A program made the translations under genes and the position numbers. The notes below the pieces were generated by a model. That model was not told the DNA's origin. It searched no databases and saw nothing but the letters and a program-made list of their open reading frames with translations. This document shows, one piece after another, positions 51,174 through 60,725 of a stretch of 60,725 nt of DNA (the first letter of the stretch is position 1; each line of letters opens with the position of its first letter). Location of the stretch: positions 1 to 60,725 of the forward strand of contig JACRHW010000008.1 in the NCBI GenBank assembly GCA_016217555.1, written 5' to 3'. This DNA comes from Parcubacteria group bacterium (GTDB lineage Bacteria; Patescibacteriota; Minisyncoccia; UBA6257; JACRHW01).

Positions 51174-54100
51174 ATGTTTAATACAATCATTTTATGGTCG
51201 CTTGGTAATAAAATTACAGTACTTGTCCTTGCTGGGCTTATGACCATTGCGGGTATTTGGAGTATCGCTACGATGAAGGTCGATATCCTACCTGATATTA
51301 ATAAACCTACGGTAACTGTATTTGCAGAAAGTCCTGGCATGGCGGCTGAAGAGGTTGAGCGTCTTATTCTCAATCCGATTGAATCGGCACTTGCGGGGGC
51401 TCCGGGAGTTGATCGCATACGAAGTACGGCATCATTTGCACAAGCAACGGTTAATATGGAATTCGCTTGGGGAAGTGATACGTTACGTAATAGACAGATA
51501 GTGCAGGAACGTTTGGCACAGGTTATCTTGCCACAGGGGGTAAAGCCAACCCTTGGTCCATCGACGTCGCTTCTTGGTGAGATTGCATGGATTGGAATAA
51601 CATCATCGGACTCGAAGATTTCTCCCATGGAGCTTCGAACACTTGCAGATTGGACGATTCGTCCCGCGTTGCTTAAAACACCAGGAGTTGCAAATGTGCT
51701 TGTAATGGGAGGCGATGTTCGCGAATGGCAGATTAATATTGATGCCGAACGTATGCGTCGGTCTGGGGTGATGATTGATGACGTTCGTAAAAATATAGAA
51801 AACACACTTACGAACAAAAGCGGTGGTTTGCTCACCGAGAATGAAAAAGAATATGTCATTCGTATCATTACTGCGCCAACAGAGGCCTCTGAATTGCAGG
51901 ATATTTCCATAGGGCGTAATAGTATGAGTGGGCGACCTCTTCGTCTTGGTGATATTGCATCGGTTGTGGAGGGGGCAAGTATTGTGCGTGGAAGTGGAGC
52001 TATCGATGGTAAGGCTGGCGTTATTTTACGAATTATTCGTCAGCCAGATGCACAGACACTTTCTGTTACTGATGCGGTTAATACTACATTCAATTCACTT
52101 TCAGCGAGTCTTCCTCGTGGAGTAGAGCTTCATTCGAATCTTTTTCGCCAAGAAAATTTTATTCGCGCAGGGTTGGAAAATGTTGAGCGGGCGCTTTTTG
52201 ATGGTACTGTCCTTGTTGTTTTGGTGCTTATTGTTTTTTTGATGAATACGAGGACGACCGTCATTACGCTTACGGCAATTCCCTTGTCTATCCTCGCAAC
52301 GGCTATTGTATTTAATGCGTTTGGTCTTTCCGTAAACGTGATGACGTTGGGAGGTATCGCTGTTGCGGTGGGAGAGCTTGTTGATGATGCGATTGTTGGC
52401 GTGGAAAACGTTTTTCGTCGCTTACGTTTGTGGATGGTTGGTGGCAAAAAAGAGGATCGCGAAGGTGTTGTGTTATCCGCTTCGACGGAGGTTCGTAATT
52501 CAATTGTGTATGCAACGATACTTGTTGCGGTAGTATTTCTTCCCATATTCTTCATGCCGGGCATTGAAGGGCGTTTGCTTATTGCCCTTGGATCCGCATA
52601 CCTTGTATCTCTCTTTGCCTCTATGGTGGTATCGCTTACGGTAACACCCGTTTTGTCTGCATTGCTGCTCGACGACAAGTCGTTGGCGGGGCATGAAAAG
52701 GAAACAAAGATCGTGCAAAACATTAAAGAGCGCATTACGCCATGGATTTATTGGTGTATTACTAATGTGAAAAAGATTGGTAGTATTACTGTAATCGCAC
52801 TTTTTCTTACAATAGGAATGTATTTGTTCGCGGGTAAAGAGGGAATCCCACCATTTAATGAGGGGTCCATGGTGGCTATGGTGTTCTTGCCGCCCGGTAC
52901 AGCGCTCTCTACAACGAATGAATATATGATAAGGCTTGAAAATGCTATTCGTGAGGTGAAGGGGGTACGACAGGTAAGTAATATCGCTGGGCGCGCATTG
53001 GCCGATCCTCATGGAGGGAGTGCAAACTCAAGCGAGCTTCAAATTGCACTTAAGCCGGGGTTTGAAGGTGAGCGTAATCGAATTTTTAAAGACATTCAGG
53101 CGGTGCTTGATCGTTTCGGTGGCGCAGATTTTAGTTTGGGACAGCCGATTACTCATCGTGTAGAGATGTTACTTTCTGGGGTGCGTTCACCTATTGTGGT
53201 TAAGGTATTTGGCGATGATCCGGATAAGATGGACAGTGCGGCTAAACAAGTACTTTCCGAGCTCGGAAAGCAAAAAGGAATATCAAATGCGCGTATACAA
53301 CAGAACACGGTTGTTCCGGAATTTCGTATCTACGTTGATAGAAATCGTCTCGCTGAATATGGGTTGTCTCCGGGTGAGGTTGCTAATGATCTTGAGATGG
53401 GGATTATGGGAGATAATTTGGGGCAAGTTCGTCTTGGTTCTGCTTCGGTTAATGTTATTGCGCGCTATGATGCGGAGTCGAAGGGGAGTATGGCATCTTT
53501 GCGTGACTTAGCTCTCCCATTTATGGGAGCAGCATCGGTGGGAAGTGTGGGTGATATTCGTCTTGAGGGGGGGCGTAATAGTCTTGATCATGAAGGAGGG
53601 AAGCGAGTTCTTGTCGTCTCTGCAAATTATCAGGGTACTGATGTTGTGGGAGCGGTTGGTGGGGCAAAAACAGCACTTGAGGCACAAAAACTTCCTACGG
53701 GGGTAACGCTTTCCTTTGAGGGAAATTATAAAAGTCAAAAAGAGAATTCACAGCGCTTGGCAATAGTGTTTATCGTTGGAGTATTGATGGTTTTTGGTGT
53801 ACTATATTATGCCTTTAAATCTATTCCAATTGTTCTTTTGGTGATGACTAATATCCCCACTGTTCTTATTGGTGGCATGGTCGGTGTGTGGCTTACGGGT
53901 GGATCGGTAAATCTTGCACATCTCGTTGGGTTTATTTCACTTGCGGGGATTGTGTCTCGAAATGGAATTATGTTAATCGGTCGTAGTCTGACGCTTGTGC
54001 AAAAAGAGAAACTACCTTTTGTGCCCGAGACGATTGTAAAGGCAACGCTTGATCGTGTGGTGCCGGTGCTAATGACTTCGCTTGTGGCAGCACTTGCGCT

Positions 54101-54284
54101 TATTCCGCTTATCCTTTCAGGAGGTGATCCGGGCAAAGAGATGCTTAATCCATTGGCGGTGGTAATATTCGGAGGTCTTATTTCTTCAACAATTATTTCA
54201 CTATTTCTGACTCCGGCATTATTCTTTCGCTTTGGAAAGAAGGCGGCGTTAAGTGTTGAGGAGGTAACATCGTCAGGATTCTAA
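51174..54284 (+). CDS. CusA/CzcA-family heavy-metal efflux RND permease
   Basis: 1036 aa and 12 TM. N-terminus resembles CusA (VDILPDINKPTVTVF..PGMAAEEVERLILNPIE). TM4 reads LGGIAVAVGELVDDAIVGVENVFRRL. Confidence 0.88.
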   Translation: MFNTIILWSLGNKITVLVLAGLMTIAGIWSIATMKVDILPDINKPTVTVFAESPGMAAEEVERLILNPIESALAGAPGVDRIRSTASFAQATVNMEFAWGSDTLRNRQIVQERLAQVILPQGVKPTLGPSTSLLGEIAWIGITSSDSKISPMELRTLADWTIRPALLKTPGVANVLVMGGDVREWQINIDAERMRRSGVMIDDVRKNIENTLTNKSGGLLTENEKEYVIRIITAPTEASELQDISIGRNSMSGRPLRLGDIASVVEGASIVRGSGAIDGKAGVILRIIRQPDAQTLSVTDAVNTTFNSLSASLPRGVELHSNLFRQENFIRAGLENVERALFDGTVLVVLVLIVFLMNTRTTVITLTAIPLSILATAIVFNAFGLSVNVMTLGGIAVAVGELVDDAIVGVENVFRRLRLWMVGGKKEDREGVVLSASTEVRNSIVYATILVAVVFLPIFFMPGIEGRLLIALGSAYLVSLFASMVVSLTVTPVLSALLLDDKSLAGHEKETKIVQNIKERITPWIYWCITNVKKIGSITVIALFLTIGMYLFAGKEGIPPFNEGSMVAMVFLPPGTALSTTNEYMIRLENAIREVKGVRQVSNIAGRALADPHGGSANSSELQIALKPGFEGERNRIFKDIQAVLDRFGGADFSLGQPITHRVEMLLSGVRSPIVVKVFGDDPDKMDSAAKQVLSELGKQKGISNARIQQNTVVPEFRIYVDRNRLAEYGLSPGEVANDLEMGIMGDNLGQVRLGSASVNVIARYDAESKGSMASLRDLALPFMGAASVGSVGDIRLEGGRNSLDHEGGKRVLVVSANYQGTDVVGAVGGAKTALEAQKLPTGVTLSFEGNYKSQKENSQRLAIVFIVGVLMVFGVLYYAFKSIPIVLLVMTNIPTVLIGGMVGVWLTGGSVNLAHLVGFISLAGIVSRNGIMLIGRSLTLVQKEKLPFVPETIVKATLDRVVPVLMTSLVAALALIPLILSGGDPGKEMLNPLAVVIFGGLISSTIISLFLTPALFFRFGKKAALSVEEVTSSGF

Positions 54285-54381
54285 TAGTATGCATCACAAC
54301 AATCATGGTCGCGAACCACCAAACAAAGAGTAGACTCATTGTAGTATGGGTATAAAAAATTATTTAATTATTTAAAAAATC

Positions 54382-54717
54382 ATGAACAACAATACAATAA
54401 TCGCAATAGTAGCAACACTTGTTATCGCCGGTGGCATTGGTTATACGGTTGGGAAAAATTCTGTTAATGTTGGCGCGCTTACCAAGGAGAAGCAGGATTC
54501 AATCGTTATGATGAAGAAGCAAGCGTCAGACATTAAACAGATGAGTGAAATGATGAAGTCTGGTGGTCTTGCTATGCAAGAGTTGGGAGAGAAGTATAAG
54601 GATGATATGATGATGAGTAAGGGGAAGGATCTCGAAATGGTTGGACAAAAATACATGAACGAGGATAAGGAGGCAACACGTAGTAATGGTGCAATGAATC
54701 AATTAATGGGTAACTAA
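54382..54717 (+). CDS. Met-rich membrane-anchored protein, possible Cu(I) binder
   Basis: N-terminal TM, then 17 Met in about 85 aa (MMKKQ..MSEMMKSG..DDMMMSKG..). Confidence 0.45.
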   Translation: MNNNTIIAIVATLVIAGGIGYTVGKNSVNVGALTKEKQDSIVMMKKQASDIKQMSEMMKSGGLAMQELGEKYKDDMMMSKGKDLEMVGQKYMNEDKEATRSNGAMNQLMGN

Positions 54718-54724
54718 TATTGTT

Positions 54725-54991
54725 ATGGGAACATTATCTTTAAAATTATATGGATGGAGGTGTGTCCTTGGCGGAGAGGTTGTTTATGTGCTTTGTCTTT
54801 TGGGTGGATTATTACCACTAAGGAGTGTTCAGGCGACAGAGTTACATCACATGCTTTTTGAAACATTGCCAGGTTTTACTTGGTTGAATGTTAATAGTTT
54901 TGTTCTCGGAGCAGCATATGTTTTTGTTGGTTCTTGGGTTATTGCTTGGTATTATGTCTGGATGCATAATTCAAGTCTTGAAAGCAAATAG
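54725..54991 (+). CDS. Small membrane protein (88 aa)
   Basis: Hydrophobic ORF in the copper island. Confidence 0.4.
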   Translation: MGTLSLKLYGWRCVLGGEVVYVLCLLGGLLPLRSVQATELHHMLFETLPGFTWLNVNSFVLGAAYVFVGSWVIAWYYVWMHNSSLESK

Positions 54992-54999
54992 GAGCTGTT

Positions 55000-56484
55000 A
55001 TGTCGTATCAGCAGAGCAGAAAGATAAAACTTAAGATTCGTGGCATGCATTGTGCAAGCTGTGAGGTTTTGATTGAGCGAAAGTTTAGGAAGATTGGGGG
55101 GGTCGAAAAGGTGCACGTGAATCACGCCAATGGCAAGGCTGACATTATTTCTAGAGAGGAGGTGCCCCTTTCGGTATTTGAAGAGGCAATCTTGGGTGAT
55201 GGGTACCATGTTTCGTTATGGTCTGATACTGCAAAACCTTACTTGGATCAGAGCAGCAATACTCAAAAAGATTATATGCAGATGGGGATAATTTTTTTAG
55301 GTGTGGTAGGTGTATATTTTGTTCTAAAGCAGTTCAATATCCTTCCTCGTCTTAGTATTTCGGATGGGATGAGTTATGGATTTGTTTTTCTTATTGGGCT
55401 TGTTGCGGCTATGTCTACGTGTTTGGCGGTAACCGGAGGATTACTTCTCGCTACCGCTGCAAAATATAATGAACGATTTCCTGATTTGAGCGGTCTAGAG
55501 AAACTAAAACCAACATTGTATTTTAATGCGGGTCGTGTTGTTTCCTATACTATCCTTGGTGGTGTTGTGGGAGCCTTGGGTTCTGTTCTCACTTTTTCTC
55601 AAAGGGCGACGGGCACTATAACGATTGTTGCTAGTTTTGTAATGATCGTCCTAGGGTTCCAGCTTTTAAAGTTGTTTCCTTGGATGAAGAGATTTCAGGT
55701 TAAAATGCCAAAGTTTTTAGCGCATAAAATTCATGCTGTGTCCTCCGAAGCCTTGGCGAAGGAGGATTTTGGAGTTAGGGATTGTACTCTCGGATCTTTT
55801 TTGTTAGGTGGATCTACGTTTTTTCTTCCCTGCGGTTTTACGCAGGCGCTACAGCTCTATGTTCTTTCTAAGGGGGACGTGTGGGTGGGGGCTTTCACTA
55901 TGTTTGCGTTTTCTCTGGGGACGCTCCCTGCCCTCATATCGCTTTCTGCAATTTCAAGTTTTGTTAAAGGGTCTTTTCAAACTTATTTTCTTAAGTTCGC
56001 GGGAATAGTAGTGGTGGTCTTAGGGGTAGTAAGTATGAATAGTGGATTTGCACTTACGGGATTGAATATAGATATGCGCCCCATTTTTAATGGAATAAAT
56101 AGTGGGAGAGTTGTGACCACCATAGGTGATCAAGTTGCGCCAATAGTTAATGGCAAACAAATTATCGAAATGCGTGTCCGTGGTTTGAGGTATACTCCTT
56201 ATCAATTTACTGTCGTACAGGGAATACCTATTGAATGGCGTGTTGATGGGAGCCTTGCCGAAGGATGTGCTCAGATTATCTCCATTCCAAAGCTTAGGAA
56301 GACTGAATTTCTTCTGGCCGATAGACCAACCATTATTACGTTTACCCCAAATGAAATAGGCACCCTTCCTTTTAATTGTCCCATGGGCATGACAACACGT
56401 GGAGCGGCATTTAGGGTGATACCGAATATTCCAGTATGTGATCCAAAAATCGCAAACTGTGTTGTCTCCAAAAAATCAAAATAA
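55000..56484 (+). CDS. HMA-domain protein fused to a multi-TM (TauE/DsbD-like) domain and a C-terminal cupredoxin-like domain
   Basis: N-terminal IRGMHCASCEVLIERKF (GMxCxxC), at least 6 TM segments, and a C-terminal ..FTPNEIGTLPFNCPMGM. Confidence 0.68.
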   Translation: MSYQQSRKIKLKIRGMHCASCEVLIERKFRKIGGVEKVHVNHANGKADIISREEVPLSVFEEAILGDGYHVSLWSDTAKPYLDQSSNTQKDYMQMGIIFLGVVGVYFVLKQFNILPRLSISDGMSYGFVFLIGLVAAMSTCLAVTGGLLLATAAKYNERFPDLSGLEKLKPTLYFNAGRVVSYTILGGVVGALGSVLTFSQRATGTITIVASFVMIVLGFQLLKLFPWMKRFQVKMPKFLAHKIHAVSSEALAKEDFGVRDCTLGSFLLGGSTFFLPCGFTQALQLYVLSKGDVWVGAFTMFAFSLGTLPALISLSAISSFVKGSFQTYFLKFAGIVVVVLGVVSMNSGFALTGLNIDMRPIFNGINSGRVVTTIGDQVAPIVNGKQIIEMRVRGLRYTPYQFTVVQGIPIEWRVDGSLAEGCAQIISIPKLRKTEFLLADRPTIITFTPNEIGTLPFNCPMGMTTRGAAFRVIPNIPVCDPKIANCVVSKKSK

Positions 56485-56489
56485 TAACT

Positions 56490-56798
56490 ATGAGAAATAT
56501 TTTAAAAGCGTGTATGAATTGGAAAGTCTTGCTGGGGATTGGAGTGGTTATACTCCTTGCATATTTGTTTGTGCCGAATATTGCGCGCTATTCGTGGATT
56601 CTATTTGTGCTTGTATGTCCGCTCTCCATAATGTTAATGATGGCTGGTATGGACCATGGGAAATCTAAAAAGGTGTTTGTGTGCCTTGAATGTGGCCTTG
56701 GATATAAGGATGAGGAGTGGGCTAAAAAGTGTGCGGCGTGGTGCAAGGAGCATCAGAGTTGTAACCTAGAAATAATCGAACATGCGATTAAACAATAG
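56490..56798 (+). CDS. Small membrane protein with a Cys-rich C-terminus
   Basis: TM segments ending in VCPLSIMLMMAGMDHG, then CLECG...CAAWC...C. Confidence 0.45.
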   Translation: MRNILKACMNWKVLLGIGVVILLAYLFVPNIARYSWILFVLVCPLSIMLMMAGMDHGKSKKVFVCLECGLGYKDEEWAKKCAAWCKEHQSCNLEIIEHAIKQ

Positions 56799-56799
56799 T

Positions 56800-57216
56800 A
56801 TGCATACACGATTGAGCATCGTAGTATTGGCATTTGTGCTAAATCTCGTTTGGGAAAACGCGCAGGCCCCATTATTTAATGGATATCAGAATTTTGTGCA
56901 GCATTTTATGCCCTGTCTCTGGGCAACGATAGGGGATGCGGTTATTATACTTTTGTTTTATGAGGCGTATGCTTTTTGGTGCAAAGATAGGTATTGGATA
57001 GCACACATGAAAGGAGGGCACATCGTAACGCTTATGATTATGGGAGTGATACTTGCGATATTTATGGAGTGGGGCGCGCTTGTTTCAGGGAGATGGAGTT
57101 ATGCTGAAAGTATGCCCACCATTCCTCTGTTGGGCGTTGGGTTATTGCCCGTACTTCAAATGATGTTTCTCCCTCTAATGACGTTTTGTGGAATAGCAAA
57201 ATTTAATAAAAATTAA
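56800..57216 (+). CDS. Integral membrane protein (138 aa)
   Basis: ATG 56800 lies just after the previous stop. Four TM segments. Confidence 0.45.
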   Translation: MHTRLSIVVLAFVLNLVWENAQAPLFNGYQNFVQHFMPCLWATIGDAVIILLFYEAYAFWCKDRYWIAHMKGGHIVTLMIMGVILAIFMEWGALVSGRWSYAESMPTIPLLGVGLLPVLQMMFLPLMTFCGIAKFNKN

Positions 57217-57223
57217 AAATAAT

Positions 57224-57583
57224 ATGTCTCCTGATAAAATAGTGGTTACAATGGTTGGTTTGTCGGGTATGGCGTTTGTATTTTGGTTTTTTCTTATGAA
57301 GAAGGAGAAAGAGGTTCAGGTTTCTGGTTCGGTGGATATTGTCGTAGAGGGAGGGTATTCTCCAGAGGTGATATCTATAGCTAAGGGAAAAACTACAAAA
57401 ATCAATTTTATTCGTAAGGATCCTAGTGGTTGTCTCGAAGAGGTTGTTCTGGGTGATTTCAAAATTCGTAAAACGTTACCCCTTAATCAAAAAGTAATCA
57501 TAGAACTTACCCCTCAGCGAAGTGGTGAGTTTGTATATTCCTGTGGGATGGGGATGTATCACGGCAAAATCGTAGTTAAATAA
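57224..57583 (+). CDS. Membrane-anchored cupredoxin-like protein
   Basis: TM, then a beta-rich domain ending SGEFVYSCGMGMYHGKIVV. It shares the C-x-MGM motif with the C-terminus of 55000-56484. Confidence 0.6.
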   Translation: MSPDKIVVTMVGLSGMAFVFWFFLMKKEKEVQVSGSVDIVVEGGYSPEVISIAKGKTTKINFIRKDPSGCLEEVVLGDFKIRKTLPLNQKVIIELTPQRSGEFVYSCGMGMYHGKIVVK

Positions 57584-57589
57584 TTATTT

Positions 57590-59887
57590 ATGGAAACCAA
57601 AAAAACGTTTTCTATTAAGGGAATGCACTGCGCTTCTTGTGTTGCGGTGCTTGAAGGATCGCTCAAGCAGGTGGAGGGCGTAGTAGAAGCGACTGTTAAT
57701 CTTGCAACTGAAAAAGCGACGGTAGTATACGATTCGACAAAAGTTACTGATGAGAAATTGAGTTCTGCTGTTTCAAACGTTGGTTATCGGGCGCTTATTG
57801 GTGAGGAGATACGAACAGAAGACGAGGAGAAGAAGGAAAAAGAACGGGAACTTCGTGATTTACGCAATAAGGTTTTTGTTAGTCTCTTTTTGGGTGGTTT
57901 GATTTTATGGGGAAGCTTTCCGGGGCTTATAAAAACAGCCCCATTATTTCTGCAGAATTTTTGGGTGCAACTCCTTTTAGCAACACCCGTGCAGTTTTGG
58001 GCAGGATTCGGTTTTTATCGTGCCACTATTTCGGCGCTTAAGCATAGGACGGCAAATATGGATACGCTGGTTACTATTGGCACGACGGTGGCATATATAT
58101 ATTCTGCTTTTGTGACGCTATTGCCACAATTCGTGGTGAGCATTGGTATTGAACCTATGCCTTATTTTGATACCGCGGCAATTATCATTGGACTTATTCT
58201 TTTGGGTCGTTATTTTGAGGCTAAGGCAAAAGCGGGGACATCTGAGGCTATTAAGAAACTTATTGGATTACAGGCGAAAACTGCTCGTGTTGTGCGTGAT
58301 GGAAAAGAAATAGATATATTAATAAGTGAAGTAATAATTGGTGATAGTATTCGTGTTCGTCCTGGTGAAAAAATCCCTGTTGATGGAATCATCGTTGAAG
58401 GAGAATCTTCAATTGATGAATCTATGATTACTGGTGAGAGCATGCCAACAGATAAGACTGTGGGTGATATGGTAGTTGGTGCAACAATGAATAAGACAGG
58501 AAGTTTTATTTTTAAGACTACGAAGGTTGGGCAGGAAACGATGCTCGCTCAAATTATTAAGTTAGTACAAGAGGCGCAGGGGAGCAAGGCACCTATTCAG
58601 CGATTAGCAGACTTAGTATCATCGTATTTTGTCCCCGTTGTTTTGATGCTCGCGATTGGTACGTTTGTTGTATGGTATGATTTTGGGTCGACACAGGCAC
58701 TGACTTATGCAATTCTTAATATGGTTGCTGTGCTCATAATTGCTTGTCCTTGTGCGATGGGATTAGCTACTCCTACCGCAATCATGGTGGGAACTGGTAA
58801 GGGGGCAGAGCATGGCATTCTTATTAAGGATGCAGAGAGCTTAGAAACTGCTCACAAAATCAACACTATTATTTTCGACAAGACCGGTACGTTAACCAAA
58901 GGAGAACCATCGGTTACTAACGTTGTTGCTTTTGGGGGTGAAGATAAGGATTCAATTTTGCATTATGCGGCAGCTTTGGAAAAGAGTTCGGAGCATCCAG
59001 TGGCAAGGGCAATAGTTGCTTTTGCGGCCAGCTTGGGTAAATTGTCGTCTCATCCCTTGGATAAGGCGATTAGAGACAAAGCTCAAGCTGATAATATTGA
59101 GCTACTTAACGTTAAAGGGTTTAACGTAATTCCTGGTAAGGGTCTTGAGGGAGAAATTGAGGTTGATGGAAATCTTAAAAAATATTTCTTTGGCAATAGA
59201 GCATTGATGACAGAAAAACACATCGTGTTTGATACCTACGAAGCTGATATTCAAAAATTAGAAGCAGAAGGTAAAACGGTAATGATTTTGGTTTCAGAAA
59301 CAGGAGTATTGGGGCTTATTGCGGTGGCCGATACGGTAAAAGAGAGTTCAAAAGGCGGAATTGAGGCGCTTGAACGAATGGGTATAGAAACAGTGATGAT
59401 TACCGGTGACAATACAAGAACCGCTATGGCTATAGCTCAAGAAATTGGAATTAAAAGAGTCTTGGCAGAAGTGTTGCCTGACCAAAAAGAAGCAGAGGTG
59501 CGAAAAATTCAGGCTGAGGGAAGGGTGGTTGCCATGGTAGGGGATGGTATTAACGATGCTCCTGCGCTTGCGGCAGCTGATGTGGGGATTGCGATGGGGA
59601 GTGGAACTGATGTTGCTATCGAGGCCGCGGATATTACACTTATCAATAAAGATTTGAAATCGGTAGCAGCGGCAATTGTATTGTCGAAAAAGACCATGAG
59701 AACCATTCGCCTTAATCTTTTTTGGGCATTCGGGTATAACATCATTCTTATTCCCGTGGCGATGGGGGTTTTGTATCCTTTCTTCGGAATCCTTTTGAAC
59801 CCAATATTTGCATCAGTAGCCATGGCAACAAGTTCTATCTCGGTCGTCGCCAACTCACTTCTCCTCAAAAGAAAAAAAATTATATAG
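57590..59887 (+). CDS. copA: Copper-translocating P1B-type ATPase
   Basis: HMA GMHCASC, TGES, CPC, DKTGTLT and GDGINDAP. Confidence 0.94.
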   Translation: METKKTFSIKGMHCASCVAVLEGSLKQVEGVVEATVNLATEKATVVYDSTKVTDEKLSSAVSNVGYRALIGEEIRTEDEEKKEKERELRDLRNKVFVSLFLGGLILWGSFPGLIKTAPLFLQNFWVQLLLATPVQFWAGFGFYRATISALKHRTANMDTLVTIGTTVAYIYSAFVTLLPQFVVSIGIEPMPYFDTAAIIIGLILLGRYFEAKAKAGTSEAIKKLIGLQAKTARVVRDGKEIDILISEVIIGDSIRVRPGEKIPVDGIIVEGESSIDESMITGESMPTDKTVGDMVVGATMNKTGSFIFKTTKVGQETMLAQIIKLVQEAQGSKAPIQRLADLVSSYFVPVVLMLAIGTFVVWYDFGSTQALTYAILNMVAVLIIACPCAMGLATPTAIMVGTGKGAEHGILIKDAESLETAHKINTIIFDKTGTLTKGEPSVTNVVAFGGEDKDSILHYAAALEKSSEHPVARAIVAFAASLGKLSSHPLDKAIRDKAQADNIELLNVKGFNVIPGKGLEGEIEVDGNLKKYFFGNRALMTEKHIVFDTYEADIQKLEAEGKTVMILVSETGVLGLIAVADTVKESSKGGIEALERMGIETVMITGDNTRTAMAIAQEIGIKRVLAEVLPDQKEAEVRKIQAEGRVVAMVGDGINDAPALAAADVGIAMGSGTDVAIEAADITLINKDLKSVAAAIVLSKKTMRTIRLNLFWAFGYNIILIPVAMGVLYPFFGILLNPIFASVAMATSSISVVANSLLLKRKKII

Positions 59888-59898
59888 GAGAAGTTTCA

Positions 59899-60008
59899 CC
59901 CCACCCTAGACTAAAGCTCATCTCCAAGGGGGAGACTTTTACAACCCCCCTAGCGTAGCGATAACACCTGACTCCCCCTTGAGGATGATCGTTTAATCTT
60001 GGGTGGGG
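59899..60008. repeat. Long imperfect inverted repeat downstream of copA
   Basis: CCCCACCCTAGACTAAAGCTCATCTCCAAGGGGGA (59899-59933) pairs with TCCCCCTTGAGGATGATCGTTTAATCTTGGGTGGGG (59973-60008) across a 39-nt loop. Confidence 0.7.
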
Positions 60009-60135
60009 CTACTCAACAGCCTCATTGAAGGAAAGGCCTACTATATATTAAAATACTATGCGGTCGCATAGTGGCGTAGATTTTTTTAGTGTGTTATTTT
60101 GTATTCAGGACTTTGTAAAAAGGAGAAATAACAAG

Positions 60136-60513
60136 ATGGAAGCTCGGGGTGAATCTTCTGAATTTAATGGAACTGTGCGTTCATTTTTTGAAACAGGATG
60201 TGAAGGTGTCATGTGGGTATTTATTGAAGATGGTAAACATGGTTATGCCGCTATACATGATATTGAGGATGGGGACATGCTCTCGATTTACAACGAAGAT
60301 GGTTCGGTTGCTTTTGAAGGAAAAATTGTTTCTGATTGGGAGATTGGATATGCGGAGTATCCAATGAATCCAGGTCATGGACAACCTACCGCACTTGGGT
60401 ATTGGATTCACTGGACGCAAAAAGGATGGACGCCTGATGATTGGGCGCGTCTCTTTATTCGGGAAGACGGAAAACAATTGCGCGCAAGGTACACAAGAAA
60501 GAAACTAAGGTAA
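60136..60513 (+). CDS. Hypothetical protein (125 aa)
   Basis: ATG 60136 after AAAAGGAGA. No family recognised. Confidence 0.45.
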   Translation: MEARGESSEFNGTVRSFFETGCEGVMWVFIEDGKHGYAAIHDIEDGDMLSIYNEDGSVAFEGKIVSDWEIGYAEYPMNPGHGQPTALGYWIHWTQKGWTPDDWARLFIREDGKQLRARYTRKKLR

Positions 60514-60524
60514 TCATAAACAAC

Positions 60525-60547
60525 ACGTCTCATCTCGAGACGTTTTT
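60525..60547 (+). terminator. Intrinsic terminator
   Basis: CGTCTC-atctc-GAGACG followed by TTTTT. Confidence 0.8.
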
Positions 60548-60725
60548 GATTCTTGAAGTTTTAAATAATGCCATTATGACATGACGGGTTACCCCCCGTT
60601 ATTTGGTTGGTAAAACCCATTGCAAGTAATTTTCTTTTTAAATTTGAGAAGTGCCATAACCCACTGTTTAAATGATGTAATGGTAGGAAACCCTCTCAAT
60701 CTATGTTTAAGGTCTGCAATAGAGC

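Noticed and set aside
51140-52735. 256-aa and 201-aa antisense ORFs inside the RND permease gene.
   Set aside because: The sense strand has clear RND motifs. The antisense ORFs are Ser/Thr/Arg-rich, which is typical of the reverse frame.

Overview
This 60.7-kb chromosomal segment comes from a small-genome, moderately AT-rich bacterium. The gene content suggests a Patescibacteria/CPR-like organism: LTD-type surface proteins, a minimal housekeeping set, and many tiny orphan ORFs. All but three called CDS are on the + strand. The taxonomic call is inference only, because no database search was possible and all protein family calls rest on motif recognition by eye. The housekeeping backbone is cca, tRNA-Pro(CGG), pth, lepB, hisS, rpsU, ybeY, ftsA-ftsZ, class II RNR (nrdJ), tRNA-Asn(GTT), dCMP deaminase, csp, an ABC-F ATPase and obg. 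There are five accessory parts. (i) 16.4-20.9 kb is a variable region holding a decayed ORF, a GC-rich xenolog of a local small protein, and an AT-rich ABC-exporter/DUF5672-like island bounded by 59-bp direct repeats. (ii) 23.3-29.6 kb is a block of an S55-like peptidase, a small acidic protein and a 1325-aa membrane protein. (iii) 32.7-43.4 kb is a field of small orphan ORFs, six of them preceded by a conserved palindromic promoter/hairpin module, mixed with GNAT, AstE/AspA-like, SemiSWEET and VKOR genes. (iv) 45.4-47.6 kb is a two-gene nuclease-like cassette (membrane-anchored Mrr-type endonuclease plus an Rx4H/HEPN-like orphan) bracketed by 122-bp near-identical inverted repeats between abcF and obg. 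I consider this the best candidate for an undescribed system. (v) 48.7-59.9 kb is a csoR-controlled copper island with an RND pump, adaptor, cupredoxin-like proteins and copA. At least six families of non-coding repeats are present, and several show compensatory base changes. I recognised no rRNA, CRISPR array, transposase, integrase or recombinase.
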